Assembly (NCBI GenBank): GCA_036149055.1
Contig: JAYZQJ010000184.1
Coordinates: 1-41,862, forward strand
DNA: 41,862 nucleotides
Origin: Myxococcota bacterium
GTDB lineage: Bacteria; Myxococcota_A; Polyangia; Polyangiales; Sandaracinaceae
Reading direction: 5' to 3'
The position numbers were made by a program, and so were the translations under genes. The notes under the pieces were generated by a model. That model was not told the DNA's origin. It did no database searches and was given only the letters and a program-made list of their open reading frames with translations. Below are positions 1 through 9,047 of this stretch, in pieces (positions within the stretch are counted from its first letter, which is position 1; each line of letters begins with the position of its first letter).

Positions 1-2332
1 GCGCGACGGCGCGGGCGTGATCCTCCGCCGCCTCGTCGCCCCGCCCGCTGGCGCCGACCACCGCGCCGCGCTGGCTGGTGGCCGGCGCGAGGGCGGCCGC
101 GTCGCCCTGCCCCCGCGCGGCCGCCGCGGCCGCCTCCCGGGCCGCGTCGTCGAGGGCGCCGGCGAGCAGCGCCGCGAGCGCCCGCGCCTCGTGGAGCCGG
201 GCCGCGCTGGCGTCGTCGGCCTCGGCCGGGACCTCGACCTCGATCCGCTCGCCGCGCGCCAGCGCCACCCGCGCCTCCACCGCGCGCGCCGCCGGGGTGT
301 CCGCCGCGCGCGCCTCGGCGGCCGCCTCGTCGAGCCGACCGAGCAGCCGCAGCAGCTCGGCCCGGAGCGCGCGCGCCTCCGCGCCGCTCAGCGGCGCGAG
401 GATCTCGAGGGCCTCCTCCTCGCGCGCCCGGGCGCGCAGCGCGTCCGCCAGCGCGAGCCGGAGCGCGGGCCGCTCGCCCCCGAGGTGACGGAGCGCCTCG
501 CGCCCCAGCGCGGCCGCGCGCTCCGGGTCTCCGGCGGCGCGCGCCTCGCGCATCGCCGACACGAAGCGCGCCTCCGCGTCGTCGGCGCCTCGCGCGAGCG
601 CGACGAACGCGCGCCCGGTCGCGTCGAGCGCCGCGTCGGCCACCTCCCGCGCGACCTCGGCGCGGCGCGCGTCGAGGCCGTCCCAGACGGCGCGGCGCAC
701 GTCGCCCCGGAGGGTGAGCCGGCCGTCCGACGCGAGGTGCGCCACCCCGAGCGCGCAGAGTGTTCGCGCGCGCGCCTCGATCTCCGCGCCGGGCGCGTCG
801 AAGGCGTGCAGCGCCCCGCCGGCCACCGCCAGCCGCTCCGCGAGCGGTCGGGCCGCCTCGGGGATCGACGTCTCGGTTGGGGCCGCGCCGAGCGCGCGGA
901 GGGTGGTCGGGCGCGTCGGGTCGAGCCCCGCCTCGTAGGCGCCGGCCACGAGGCGGCAGAGCCGGCCGGGGAGCCCTCCGCTCGCGTCCATCGCGGCCTC
1001 GCGCAGGGGCGCCGCGGGGTCGACCTCGAGCACCTCCGCGAGGAGGCGACGGAAGGCGTCCGGCTCGAGCGGCCCGAGCTGCACGCCGTCCTCCACCGCG
1101 AGCGCCTCGCCCTCCAGCACGACCGTCAGCCGGACGCCCTCCACCGCGGCCGCCAGGACGGCGTCGGCGCACGCGACGTGGTCGGCGGTCTCGGCGCGGA
1201 GGAGCACGATCGCGTCGCCGGGGACGCGGGGCGGCAGCGGTGCGTCGGACACCACGAACGTCGGCACCCGCGCGCCGGCGCGCGCCGCCTCCGCCTGCAG
1301 CGCGCGGGCGGCCTCCCGGACCAGCCGGCTGCGCCCCGCGCCCGGCGGCCCCGAGACCGAGACGACGCCGGGCTCGGCGATCCGCTGCACGAGCGCGCGG
1401 AGCGGGCCGCCGCGACCGAGGAGCGGCCGCGCCCCGACCCTCGCCGCCCGCTCGGCCCCGCTCGGCGCCGCCGCGCTCTCCTCCGGCGCCGGGAGCCCGA
1501 GCTCGCGGGCCACCGCCGCGAGCCGGAGCGCCACCTCGCGCGCGCTGTCGGGCCGCTCCGCCGCCCGCTCCGCCAGCAGGTCGCCCACCAGGCGCCGCAG
1601 CGCGAGCGGGGTCGAGACCGGGAGCGCCTCCGGCCGCGGGGGCTGCACGAGCGCGCGGGCCAGGGTCGCGCTCGAGCCCGCGGTGTCGAACGAGGTGCGG
1701 CCGAGGATCAGCGCGTGCAGCGTCGCGCCCAGCGCGTAGAGATCGGTCGACGGGCTGCGCTCGCCCAGCCACGCCTCCGGCGCCAGGAACGCGGGCGTCC
1801 CGCTCACCGCCCCCGACCACCCCACCGGCCGCGCGAGGCCGAGGTCGATCAGCTTCGCGTCCGCCGGCGACTCGGCGACCACGAGATTGGCGGGCTTCAC
1901 GTCCCCGTGCACGAGCCCCGCCGCGTGCAGCGCCGAGAGCGCGCGCGCCGCCGCGATGCCCACCTCGGTGGCGAACGCGATGCGCTCGGCGTCGCCCGTC
2001 CGGGCCGCGGTCGCCTCCCCCGCCTGCACCCCGGGGGCGTGCTCCTCGACCAGGGCGGCCGCGCCGGACGGGAGACGGAACGGCGGACCGAGCGGCGCGT
2101 CCACCACCACCAGCTCGTGGACCCGGGCGAGGCTCGGGTGCGCGACCGAGGCGAGCAGGCTCAGCTCCCACCGCAGCCGCTCGGCGTGCTCGGGCGGCAC
2201 CACCTTGACCGCGCGGCGCCCGCCCTCCGCCCGGTCGTCGACCAGGAGCACCCTCCCGGTGGCGCCGCGGCCGAGCTCCCGCACGTGCGCGTAGCGGCCG
2301 GCCAGCAACGGTGTTTCCGCCTCGTCGCCCAT
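1..2332 (-). CDS. Ser/Thr protein kinase fused to a P-loop NTPase domain (partial, 3' end runs off the window)
   Basis: Not in the ORF track because there is no stop in the window. Translated by hand from ATG 2332: MGDEAETPLLAGRYAHVRELGRGATGRV..AVK..HGDVKPAN..IDLGLA..GTPAFLAPE, then in-frame GVVSVSGPPGAGRSRL near 1325-1369. Confidence 0.85.
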   Translation of the reverse strand, partial: MGDEAETPLLAGRYAHVRELGRGATGRVLLVDDRAEGGRRAVKVVPPEHAERLRWELSLLASVAHPSLARVHELVVVDAPLGPPFRLPSGAAALVEEHAPGVQAGEATAARTGDAERIAFATEVGIAAARALSALHAAGLVHGDVKPANLVVAESPADAKLIDLGLARPVGWSGAVSGTPAFLAPEAWLGERSPSTDLYALGATLHALILGRTSFDTAGSSATLARALVQPPRPEALPVSTPLALRRLVGDLLAERAAERPDSAREVALRLAAVARELGLPAPEESAAAPSGAERAARVGARPLLGRGGPLRALVQRIAEPGVVSVSGPPGAGRSRLVREAARALQAEAARAGARVPTFVVSDAPLPPRVPGDAIVLLRAETADHVACADAVLAAAVEGVRLTVVLEGEALAVEDGVQLGPLEPDAFRRLLAEVLEVDPAAPLREAAMDASGGLPGRLCRLVAGAYEAGLDPTRPTTLRALGAAPTETSIPEAARPLAERLAVAGGALHAFDAPGAEIEARARTLCALGVAHLASDGRLTLRGDVRRAVWDGLDARRAEVAREVADAALDATGRAFVALARGADDAEARFVSAMREARAAGDPERAAALGREALRHLGGERPALRLALADALRARAREEEALEILAPLSGAEARALRAELLRLLGRLDEAAAEARAADTPAARAVEARVALARGERIEVEVPAEADDASAARLHEARALAALLAGALDDAAREAAAAAARGQGDAAALAPATSQRGAVVGASGRGDEAAEDHARAVA

Positions 2333-2379
2333 GAATACAGGAAGCTATCACGGGGCCGCCAACGACGGTGCGGGTGGCG

Positions 2380-2409
2380 TTGCTCCCGCGCCCGGGCCCG
2401 TGGTAGTCG
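2380..2409 (+). promoter_or_regulatory. Putative sigma70-like promoter (TTGCTC-N18-TAGTCG, extended TG)
   Basis: -10 box ends 6 nt before ATG 2416. Confidence 0.4.
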
Positions 2410-2415
2410 CGAGGC

Positions 2416-2787
2416 ATGTCGAACGGACCCCAGCAGGCGGCGCCCCCGGGCCAGCAAGTCGTGATCGAGGTCGACTGGTCGGACGAGCCCGCGCCCGTCT
2501 ACGCCAACGGCGCCCAGATCCTCAACTCCCAGCGCGAGTTCGCCCTCGTGCTCACCGACTTCGTGGCGTTCGCGGGACGGGGCGGCGTGCCCGCGGACCG
2601 CCCGCCGAAGGCCAAGATCGTCTCGAACGTGCGCATGACCCCGGACGTCTTCTTCCAGATCGCCGCCGCCTGCGCGTCGAACTGGAACAAGTTCGTCGAC
2701 CGCTACGGCGAGCCCGGCCAGAAGGCCCCGAAGTTCAAGCTGACCGGCGACGCCGGGGTTCAGCTCGAGGCCACCGACGGAGATTGA
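2416..2787 (+). CDS. DUF3467-like small protein (123 aa)
   Basis: PVYANGAQI..EFALVL..SNVRMTP pattern typical of DUF3467; normal amino-acid composition, unlike the shadow ORFs. Confidence 0.7.
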   Translation: MSNGPQQAAPPGQQVVIEVDWSDEPAPVYANGAQILNSQREFALVLTDFVAFAGRGGVPADRPPKAKIVSNVRMTPDVFFQIAAACASNWNKFVDRYGEPGQKAPKFKLTGDAGVQLEATDGD

Positions 2788-3854
2788 GCGCGCATCCGGT
2801 CGCGGGCCCACACCGCGAGCCAGCTGACGACCATCAGCGCGAGCACGAGGCCGGTGGCGGTGAGCATGTCGAGCCGCCCTCGGACCGGCGCGCCCAGCCG
2901 CCCGTAGCAGAACGGGATGTGGAAGACGTAGGCGACGAGCGAGCCCCGCCCCAGCCGGATGAGGGCGGCGCGGGCGCGCGCGGGGAGGACGAGCGAGCCG
3001 AGCGCGGCCACCGCGAGCACGAAGACCCCGCGTCCCGCCAGGTCGACCGCGTTGGCCCACACCGCCGGGTGCGCGCGCGAGAGCGTGCCGCCGAGCGCCT
3101 CCACCATCGCCCCCGTCGCCCAGGCGCCCGTCCACGCGGCGGCCAGCCCGACGGCGGCGATGACGAGCAGCGCGCGCGTCGGCGCCCCGGCCCGGCTCGG
3201 CGGCGCGGACGAGCGGGCCCGCGCCCTCAGCATCGCCAGGCAGGTCAGCGCGCCCACCGCCAGCCACGAGGCGAGAGGCACGAAGGGCATCAGCGTCACG
3301 CCCGGGACGTCCACCAGCAGACCCAGGACGAAGCGCGCGGGCCCCTCGATCGGCAGGTCGCTCACCCAGGGACAGATCACGGTCGGCACCAGCGCCAGCG
3401 CGAGGGCGGCCCGGAGCAGCGGCGCCCGCTCGGGGGCCGACGCGCCTCGGATCCCGAGGAACGCGAAGGCGACGATCGACAGCCCGATGACGTGCAGGAC
3501 GTCGGCCCGGAGGAACGTCTCGACGCCGTCCCAGCCGTCCATCAGCGCGTAGGCCGCGTTGGCCGCGTAGCCCCAGAGCACCACCCCGAGCCCGCGCCGC
3601 ATCACCGCGCGCCGCACCACATCGGCCGACTCGCCCTTGCGCCGGGCCGCGTCCACCCGCAGCACGATCGCCGCGCCGGCGAGGACCAGGAAGGCGGGCA
3701 GCGGGAGCGAGCCGAGCAGGCGGGTGAAGAGGTAGGCCGCGCTCTCCTTGTGCGCGGGCGCGACCCAGCCGTCGTAGGCGTGACCCTGGATCATGATCAG
3801 CGAGGCCACGCCGCGCGCGACGTCGATGCCCTCGATCCGGCGGCTCCCGCTCAC
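2760..3854 (-). CDS. DUF1624 / heparan-alpha-glucosaminide N-acetyltransferase-like membrane acyltransferase
   Basis: RIEGIDVARGVA..MIQGH, DVLHVIG, PFVPL and LGRGSLVAYVFH motifs; many TM helices. Confidence 0.75.
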   Translation of the reverse strand: MSGSRRIEGIDVARGVASLIMIQGHAYDGWVAPAHKESAAYLFTRLLGSLPLPAFLVLAGAAIVLRVDAARRKGESADVVRRAVMRRGLGVVLWGYAANAAYALMDGWDGVETFLRADVLHVIGLSIVAFAFLGIRGASAPERAPLLRAALALALVPTVICPWVSDLPIEGPARFVLGLLVDVPGVTLMPFVPLASWLAVGALTCLAMLRARARSSAPPSRAGAPTRALLVIAAVGLAAAWTGAWATGAMVEALGGTLSRAHPAVWANAVDLAGRGVFVLAVAALGSLVLPARARAALIRLGRGSLVAYVFHIPFCYGRLGAPVRGRLDMLTATGLVLALMVVSWLAVWARDRMRAQSPSVASS

Positions 3855-3875
3855 CGCCGAGGCTTATCACGGGCG

Positions 3876-5012
3876 TCAGCCGTCTTCCGGCGGACGCAGC
3901 CGGAACTCGCGGCGGATCTGCACCGACCCGTGCCGGGGCGCCGGGAAGCGCCAGCGCGTGACGCGCTCCATCACGCAGCGGGTGAGCGCCGGGTCCTCGC
4001 CGGCGCCGCGCGTCACCTCGGCGCGGTCCACGTGCCCGTCGGCGTCGACGCGCAGCAGGACCTCGAGGTCGACGCTCAGGCCCGGGATCGCGTTGAGCCG
4101 CGCCTCGTAGCAGGCCTGGATCTGGATCTGGTTCTGCCGCACCACCCGCTCGATCGCCTCCGGCGGGATGCTCGGCACGACCGGGCCGTCCTCCGGCGTG
4201 GTGTCGCCCGCCCACGGACGGCCGGTGGGGCGGTCCGGGTAGAGGCAGAAGCCGCGGGCGAGCGCCGCGCTCAGCCAGTCGGCGCGCGCGGCCTGATCGC
4301 GAGGCGTCGCCGCGTCGATCCAGCCCTCGATGCGCCCGCCGGGCCAGCTCACCCGCGCCCGGGCCCACTCCCCGTCGGCCTCGAGCACCTCGAGCGGCGC
4401 CCCGGTCGGGACGACGAGCCCGGCGGTGCCGTCGAGCGCCTCCTGGTCGGCGAAGAGGCAGACCGCGTCGCCCTCCGGCGCCCGCGGCACGCGCCCGTCG
4501 GCCTCGCTCGCGTCCGGCCAGGGGCAGGCGTCGAAGGCGAGCGCGCTCCGGGGCACGACCACCGAGTGCTCGGTGTCGAGCGCGACCGAGATCCGCGCCG
4601 CCCCGGAGGACGAGGCGAGCACGAACACCGGCGCGCCGGCGTCGAGGCGGATCGAGAGCGCGCCCTCGGAGAAGCGCGCCGCGCGGGTGAGGCACGCCAT
4701 CGGCCACGCCTCCCGGCGGCTCACCCGCCGGTGCGGATCGTCGTCGACCGCGATCACGAAGGCGTCCGGCTCCACCCGGACGAGGTCCGCCGCGCGCAGG
4801 TAGGTCTCTCCCGCCCCGAGCGCGTCGGTCGGGAACAGGTACGGGCCGGCCATCAGGTCGGCGAGGTCCGGCAGATCCGGGAGCGGCCCCACGTCCTCCT
4901 CGACCTCGTCGCCCGCGGTGCCGCCCACGTCGGCCACGGGGTCCGGCTCGGCGGAGGCGGCCGGGTCACAGGCGGAGAGGACGAGCAGCCAGCACAGCGT
5001 GCGAACCTTCAT
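3876..5012 (-). CDS. Lipoprotein with SH3-like region and C-terminal AgmX/PglI (TonB-C-like) domain (378 aa)
   Basis: MKVRTLCWLLVLSA-C lipobox; LEVLEADGEWARARV..GWI SH3-like; IERVVRQN..IQACYEARL..CVMERVTRWRFPAP. Start moved to ATG 5012. Confidence 0.7.
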   Translation of the reverse strand: MKVRTLCWLLVLSACDPAASAEPDPVADVGGTAGDEVEEDVGPLPDLPDLADLMAGPYLFPTDALGAGETYLRAADLVRVEPDAFVIAVDDDPHRRVSRREAWPMACLTRAARFSEGALSIRLDAGAPVFVLASSSGAARISVALDTEHSVVVPRSALAFDACPWPDASEADGRVPRAPEGDAVCLFADQEALDGTAGLVVPTGAPLEVLEADGEWARARVSWPGGRIEGWIDAATPRDQAARADWLSAALARGFCLYPDRPTGRPWAGDTTPEDGPVVPSIPPEAIERVVRQNQIQIQACYEARLNAIPGLSVDLEVLLRVDADGHVDRAEVTRGAGEDPALTRCVMERVTRWRFPAPRHGSVQIRREFRLRPPEDG

Positions 5013-5043
5013 CGCGGCGAGGGTAGCGCGCTTTCGGGCCCCG

Positions 5044-6216
5044 TCACCGGTAGAGGAGCCAGTCCCGCCGGAGCTCGCGGAAGTGCCGCGCCCCCACCCG
5101 CTCGGCCTCGAGGACCTCGGAGAGATCGGCCTGGCCTTCGACCGCGGCGCGGAACTCGGGGCCACCGGTGAGCAGATCGACGGCGGGCACGTCGCCGATG
5201 AACTCGTACGGGTCCGGCCGCCACGCGAACGCGTCGCCGAGGAGCTTCGCGGACTCGGCGATGAGGCGGAGGTAGGCCGCGTAGGGCTCGAAGATCTCGG
5301 CGTCGGTGATGTGGACCTGCACGCCGCCGCAGAGGGCGCCCGCGTGCTTCTGGAACGTGGGCTGGAAGGTGGTCGGCCGCAGGGCCGCGCCGTCGATCGA
5401 GATCCGCTCCGCGAGCGCGCCTCCGTCCAGCCCCGGCGCGCCCCAGATCTCGAACGGGCGGGTCAGCCCTCGCCCCTCGCTCAGCGCGGTGCCCTCGATG
5501 ACGCAGCCGCCCGGGTAGACCCGCGCGGTGTCGAGGGTCGGCATGTTCGGCGACGGCAGCACCCAGGGCAGCCCCGTCTGCTCGAAGGTCATGCCGCGCT
5601 GCCAGCCGCGCATCTCCACCACGTGGAGGAGCGCCGGATCGATGCCCTCGAGCGCGCACACCATCCTGGCGAGCTCACCGATGGTCATGCCGTGTCGCAC
5701 GGCGACGTCGTAGAGCCCGACGAAGGAGCGGTAGCCCTCTCGCTGCGGCGCGCCCTCCACGTGGGCGCCGCCGAGGGGGTTCGGCCGGTCGAGGACCAGG
5801 GTGCGCACGCCCTGCTTCGCCGCCGCCTTCAGCATCAGCGCGCAGCTCCACACGTAGGTGTAGTAGCGGCTGCCGACGTCCTGGAGATCGACGACGACCA
5901 CGTCGAGCCCCTCGAGGTGCTCGGGCTTCGGTGACAGCGTCTCCTCGCTGGCGCCGTAGAGGGAGTGGATCGGCACGCCGTCGATCTCGGCGTCCCCCAC
6001 CCCGATCATGTCCTGGGCTTCGCCGCCGAAGCCGTGCTCGGGGCCGAAGAGCGCGCGCAGATCCGCGCCCGCCGCGAGCAGCACCTCGCGCGCGTGCACG
6101 AGGTCCTGATCCACGCTCGCCGGGTGGGCGAGCAGCCCGACCTTGCCGCGGATGTGGAAGAGCGCGTCCGGATCGGAGTCCGCGATCTTCTGGAGCCCGG
6201 TGAGCACGGTCCTCAT
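5044..6216 (-). CDS. namZ: DUF1343 family exo-beta-N-acetylmuramidase NamZ-like
   Basis: [56 protein letters not shown] motifs; no signal peptide. Confidence 0.85.
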   Translation of the reverse strand: MRTVLTGLQKIADSDPDALFHIRGKVGLLAHPASVDQDLVHAREVLLAAGADLRALFGPEHGFGGEAQDMIGVGDAEIDGVPIHSLYGASEETLSPKPEHLEGLDVVVVDLQDVGSRYYTYVWSCALMLKAAAKQGVRTLVLDRPNPLGGAHVEGAPQREGYRSFVGLYDVAVRHGMTIGELARMVCALEGIDPALLHVVEMRGWQRGMTFEQTGLPWVLPSPNMPTLDTARVYPGGCVIEGTALSEGRGLTRPFEIWGAPGLDGGALAERISIDGAALRPTTFQPTFQKHAGALCGGVQVHITDAEIFEPYAAYLRLIAESAKLLGDAFAWRPDPYEFIGDVPAVDLLTGGPEFRAAVEGQADLSEVLEAERVGARHFRELRRDWLLYR

Positions 6217-7160
6217 GCGCGAGCCGGCGCCGATCCCGCCTCACCGGCGAGCTGGTAGAGGACGGCCATGCGGACCGCCACGCCGGCCTCGACCTGGTCG
6301 AGCACCAGGCTGCGCGCGCCGTCGGCCACGCTCGGCTCGATCTCGACGCCGCGGTTCATCGGGCCCGGGTGCATGATCAGCGCGTCGTCGGGCGCGGCCG
6401 CGAGGCTGCGCGGCGAGATGCCGAAGGTGCGGCTGTACTCCCGCAGGCTCGGCAGCAGCGCCCCCGCGAGGCGCTCCTGCTGGATGCGGAGCACCATCAC
6501 CACGTTGGCGCCCTCGAGCGCCGGCTCGAGGCGGTCGAAGACCTCCACGCCGAGGCTCTCGCCCATCGGGGGCAGCAGCGTGCGAGGCCCGACGATGCGC
6601 ACCTTGGAGCCGAAGAGCGACAGCAGCAGCGCGTTGCTCCGGGCGACGCGCGAGTGGGCGACGTCACCGCAGATCGTGACGGTCAGCCCGGCGAGCGTGC
6701 CGAGCTTGCGGCGAATGGTGAAGGCGTCGAGCAGCGCCTGGGTCGGGTGCTCGTGCTGGCCGTCGCCGGCGTTCACCACCGAGCAGCCGACGCGCTCCGA
6801 GACGTAGTGGGGCGCGCCGCTCGCCGCGTGCCGCATGATCACCACGTCCGGGTGCATCGCCTCGAGGGTGCGCACCGTGTCGAGCAGGGTCTCGCCCTTC
6901 TTCACGCTCGACGTCGAGGTCGAGATGTTCACCACGTCCGCGCTGAGCCGCTTGCCGGCGAGCTCGAAGCTGGTGCGGGTTCGGGTCGACGCCTCGTAGA
7001 AGAGGTTGATCACCGTCTTGCCCCGCAGCGTCGGCACCTTGCGCACCGGGCGCCGCGAGACCTCGAAGAACACCTCGGCGGTGTCGAGGATCTGGATGAC
7101 GTCCTGCGGCTCGAGCCCCTCGATGCCGAGCAGATGCTGGTGACGGAAGGGGCGGGTCAT
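6213..7160 (-). CDS. pyrB: Aspartate carbamoyltransferase catalytic subunit (315 aa)
   Basis: [49 protein letters not shown]; start MTRPFRH at 7160. Confidence 0.97.
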   Translation of the reverse strand: MTRPFRHQHLLGIEGLEPQDVIQILDTAEVFFEVSRRPVRKVPTLRGKTVINLFYEASTRTRTSFELAGKRLSADVVNISTSTSSVKKGETLLDTVRTLEAMHPDVVIMRHAASGAPHYVSERVGCSVVNAGDGQHEHPTQALLDAFTIRRKLGTLAGLTVTICGDVAHSRVARSNALLLSLFGSKVRIVGPRTLLPPMGESLGVEVFDRLEPALEGANVVMVLRIQQERLAGALLPSLREYSRTFGISPRSLAAAPDDALIMHPGPMNRGVEIEPSVADGARSLVLDQVEAGVAVRMAVLYQLAGEAGSAPARA

Positions 7161-7726
7161 CGGGGGGTCACCTTCGCGGCGCTCACTCTCGCGGCGAGCG
7201 GCGCGCCCGCGTCGTCCCAGAAGACCTCGAGCTTGGCGGTCTCCTCGATCTCCACCGGCCGGCCCACGAAGTCGGCCGCGATCGGCAGCTCGCGCCCGCC
7301 CCGGTCGAAGAGCACCGCGAGCCAGATCCGGCGCGGGCGCCCGTAGTCGAGCAGGCAGTCGATCGCCGCGCGCACCGTGCGCCCGGTCTGGAGCACGTCG
7401 TCGACGAGCACCACGTCGCGCCCGCTCACGTCGAAGTCGATCGCGCTCGGGCCGATCTTCGGATCCGGGAGCGCGGTCGCCGCGTCGTCGCGGTAGAGCG
7501 CGATGTCGATCGTCCCGGTCGGCACCGCGAAGTCCTCGGCGCCGGCGATCTCGGAGGCGAGCAGCGCCGCGACCGGCACCCCACCCCGCCGGATCCCGAC
7601 GATCGCGAGCCGCTCCGGGCTCTTCGCCCCGGTGCGCATCGCCTCCTCGACGATCGAGGCGGCCATGCGCCGCGCGCTCCGCACGATCGCCTCCGCGTCG
7701 GCGAGCAACTCCGGCTCTTCGCTCAC
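7157..7726 (-). CDS. pyrR: PyrR family uracil phosphoribosyltransferase / pyr regulator
   Basis: [39 protein letters not shown]; directly upstream of pyrB. Confidence 0.93.
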   Translation of the reverse strand: MSEEPELLADAEAIVRSARRMAASIVEEAMRTGAKSPERLAIVGIRRGGVPVAALLASEIAGAEDFAVPTGTIDIALYRDDAATALPDPKIGPSAIDFDVSGRDVVLVDDVLQTGRTVRAAIDCLLDYGRPRRIWLAVLFDRGGRELPIAADFVGRPVEIEETAKLEVFWDDAGAPLAARVSAAKVTPR

Positions 7727-7732
7727 GGCGCC

Positions 7733-7762
7733 TGTCTACGCCTCTGCTCCAATCCCCGTCAA
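7733..7762 (-). promoter_or_regulatory. Putative sigma70-like promoter of pyrR (TTGACG-N18-TAGACA)
   Basis: -35 at 7757-7762; -10 at 7733-7738, 6 nt from GTG 7726. Confidence 0.55.
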
Positions 7763-7793
7763 GCCTCCCACCGCGTCGGCCCACCGCGACTCG

Positions 7794-7890
7794 GAGGAAG
7801 CGAGGAAAGAGGGAAGCGACGAAACGGAGGAGCCAGCCAGCCCCCTGCCTTGCTCTCTCTTCCTCGCTTCCACCCTTCCTCGTTTCCCGC
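7794..7890. repeat. Imperfect inverted repeat (REP-like) between pyrR and fni
   Basis: GGAAGCGAGGAA (7796-7807) pairs with TTCCTCGCTTCC (7860-7871); each arm has two tandem GGAARCGAGGAA-like units. Confidence 0.6.
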
Positions 7891-7963
7891 GAGTCGCGTC
7901 AGCCGAGGCCGTGGCGCCCCGGATCGCTTGCGGAGCGACCGAGGGAGAAGCAAGGTCCGCGCG

Positions 7964-9004
7964 GTGAGCGAAGAAGCACCTCTCCTGGAACGCCGTAAGG
8001 ACCACCACCTCGACGTGGTGTTGAACGAGGAGGTCGGCTCCGGCGGGGCCGCGATCGGGCTCGGGCGGTACACGCTCGAGATGGACGCGCTGCCCGAGCT
8101 GGACCTCGACGACGTCGACCTGACCACGGAGCTCTGCGGCAAGACGCTGCGGGCGCCGATCCTGGTGGGCGCGATGACCGGGGGGACCGACCGGGCCGGC
8201 GAGGTGAACCGCACGCTCGCCCGGGCGGCGGCGCGGGTCGGCGTGGGCATGGCGCTCGGCTCGCAGCGCGCGATGATCGTCAAGCCGGAGCTCGCCCCGA
8301 GCTTCGCGGTGAAGGAGGCGGCCCCCGAGCTGCCGCTGCTCTTCGGCAACGTGGGCGCGGTGCAGCTCAACTACGGCGTCGACGCCGCGCAGATCGAGGC
8401 CGCCCTCGAGGCGGTGGGCGCGGACGCGCTCAACTTCCACCTGAACCCGCTGCAGGAGGCGGTGCAGCCCGAGGGCGACACCCGCTTCGCCGGGCTCCTC
8501 GACAAGATCGCCGAGGTCGCCCAGACGCTCGACGTGCCGGTGCTCCTCAAGGAGGTCGGCTCGGGCATCAGCCAGCGCACCGCGGCCAAGATCGCCGACC
8601 TGCCGGTGGACGGGGTCGAGACCGCGGGGACCGGCGGGACCAGCTGGGCCAAGGTCGAGAGCTTCCGCGGCGACACCGAGAGCGCGCAGGCCGAGGTCGG
8701 CCGCCGGCTCGCCGGCTTCGGGGTCCGGACCGCGGACTCGATCCTCCACTGCCGCCGCGCGATGGGCGACCGGGTCGTGATCGGCTCCGGCGGCGTGCGC
8801 ACCGGCATGGACGTCGCGGTGGCCCTGGCCCTCGGCGCCGACGCCGCCGCCCTCGCCGCCCCGCTCCTCGCCGCGGCGATGCAGGGCGAGGACGAGACGG
8901 TGCAGGTGCTCGAGACGCTGATCTACGAGCTGCGGGTCATCTGCTTCTGCACCGGCGCCCGGACCGCGAAGGACCTCCGCGGCGTGCGCCTGCTCGAGGC
9001 CTGA
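7964..9004 (+). CDS. fni: Type 2 isopentenyl-diphosphate delta-isomerase (346 aa)
   Basis: RKDHH, AMTGG, GSQRA, HLNPLQEAVQPEGD, KEVGSG, GGTSWAKVE, SGGVRTG. GTG 7964 is preceded by TTGCGG-N17-CAAGGT. Confidence 0.95.
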   Translation: MSEEAPLLERRKDHHLDVVLNEEVGSGGAAIGLGRYTLEMDALPELDLDDVDLTTELCGKTLRAPILVGAMTGGTDRAGEVNRTLARAAARVGVGMALGSQRAMIVKPELAPSFAVKEAAPELPLLFGNVGAVQLNYGVDAAQIEAALEAVGADALNFHLNPLQEAVQPEGDTRFAGLLDKIAEVAQTLDVPVLLKEVGSGISQRTAAKIADLPVDGVETAGTGGTSWAKVESFRGDTESAQAEVGRRLAGFGVRTADSILHCRRAMGDRVVIGSGGVRTGMDVAVALALGADAAALAAPLLAAAMQGEDETVQVLETLIYELRVICFCTGARTAKDLRGVRLLEA

Positions 9005-9008
9005 CGCG

Positions 9009-9036
9009 GGCCGCCGGAGACTCGTCCCCGGCGGCC
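9009..9036. terminator. GC-rich hairpin between convergent fni and Cys-rich gene
   Basis: GGCCGCCGG..CCGGCGGCC stem; no clear U-tract. Confidence 0.45.
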
Positions 9037-9047
9037 TCGCCTCAGCC

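Noticed and set aside
17..2464. 815-aa plus-strand ORF and the many other long Arg/Ala/Gly/Pro-rich ORFs (for example 2331-5171, 32662-36600, 17293-19803)
   Set aside because: Shadow frames of real genes in very high-GC DNA; no motifs, and they overlap well-supported CDSs.
6213..7784. 523-aa PyrB with N-terminal extension (pyrR-pyrB fusion)
   Set aside because: The extension is an alternative frame over pyrR; the two genes overlap by 4 nt in different frames.
7727..7963. PyrR attenuator RNA
   Set aside because: No binding-loop consensus or U-tailed terminator on the pyrR strand; the predicted promoter lies downstream of the palindrome.
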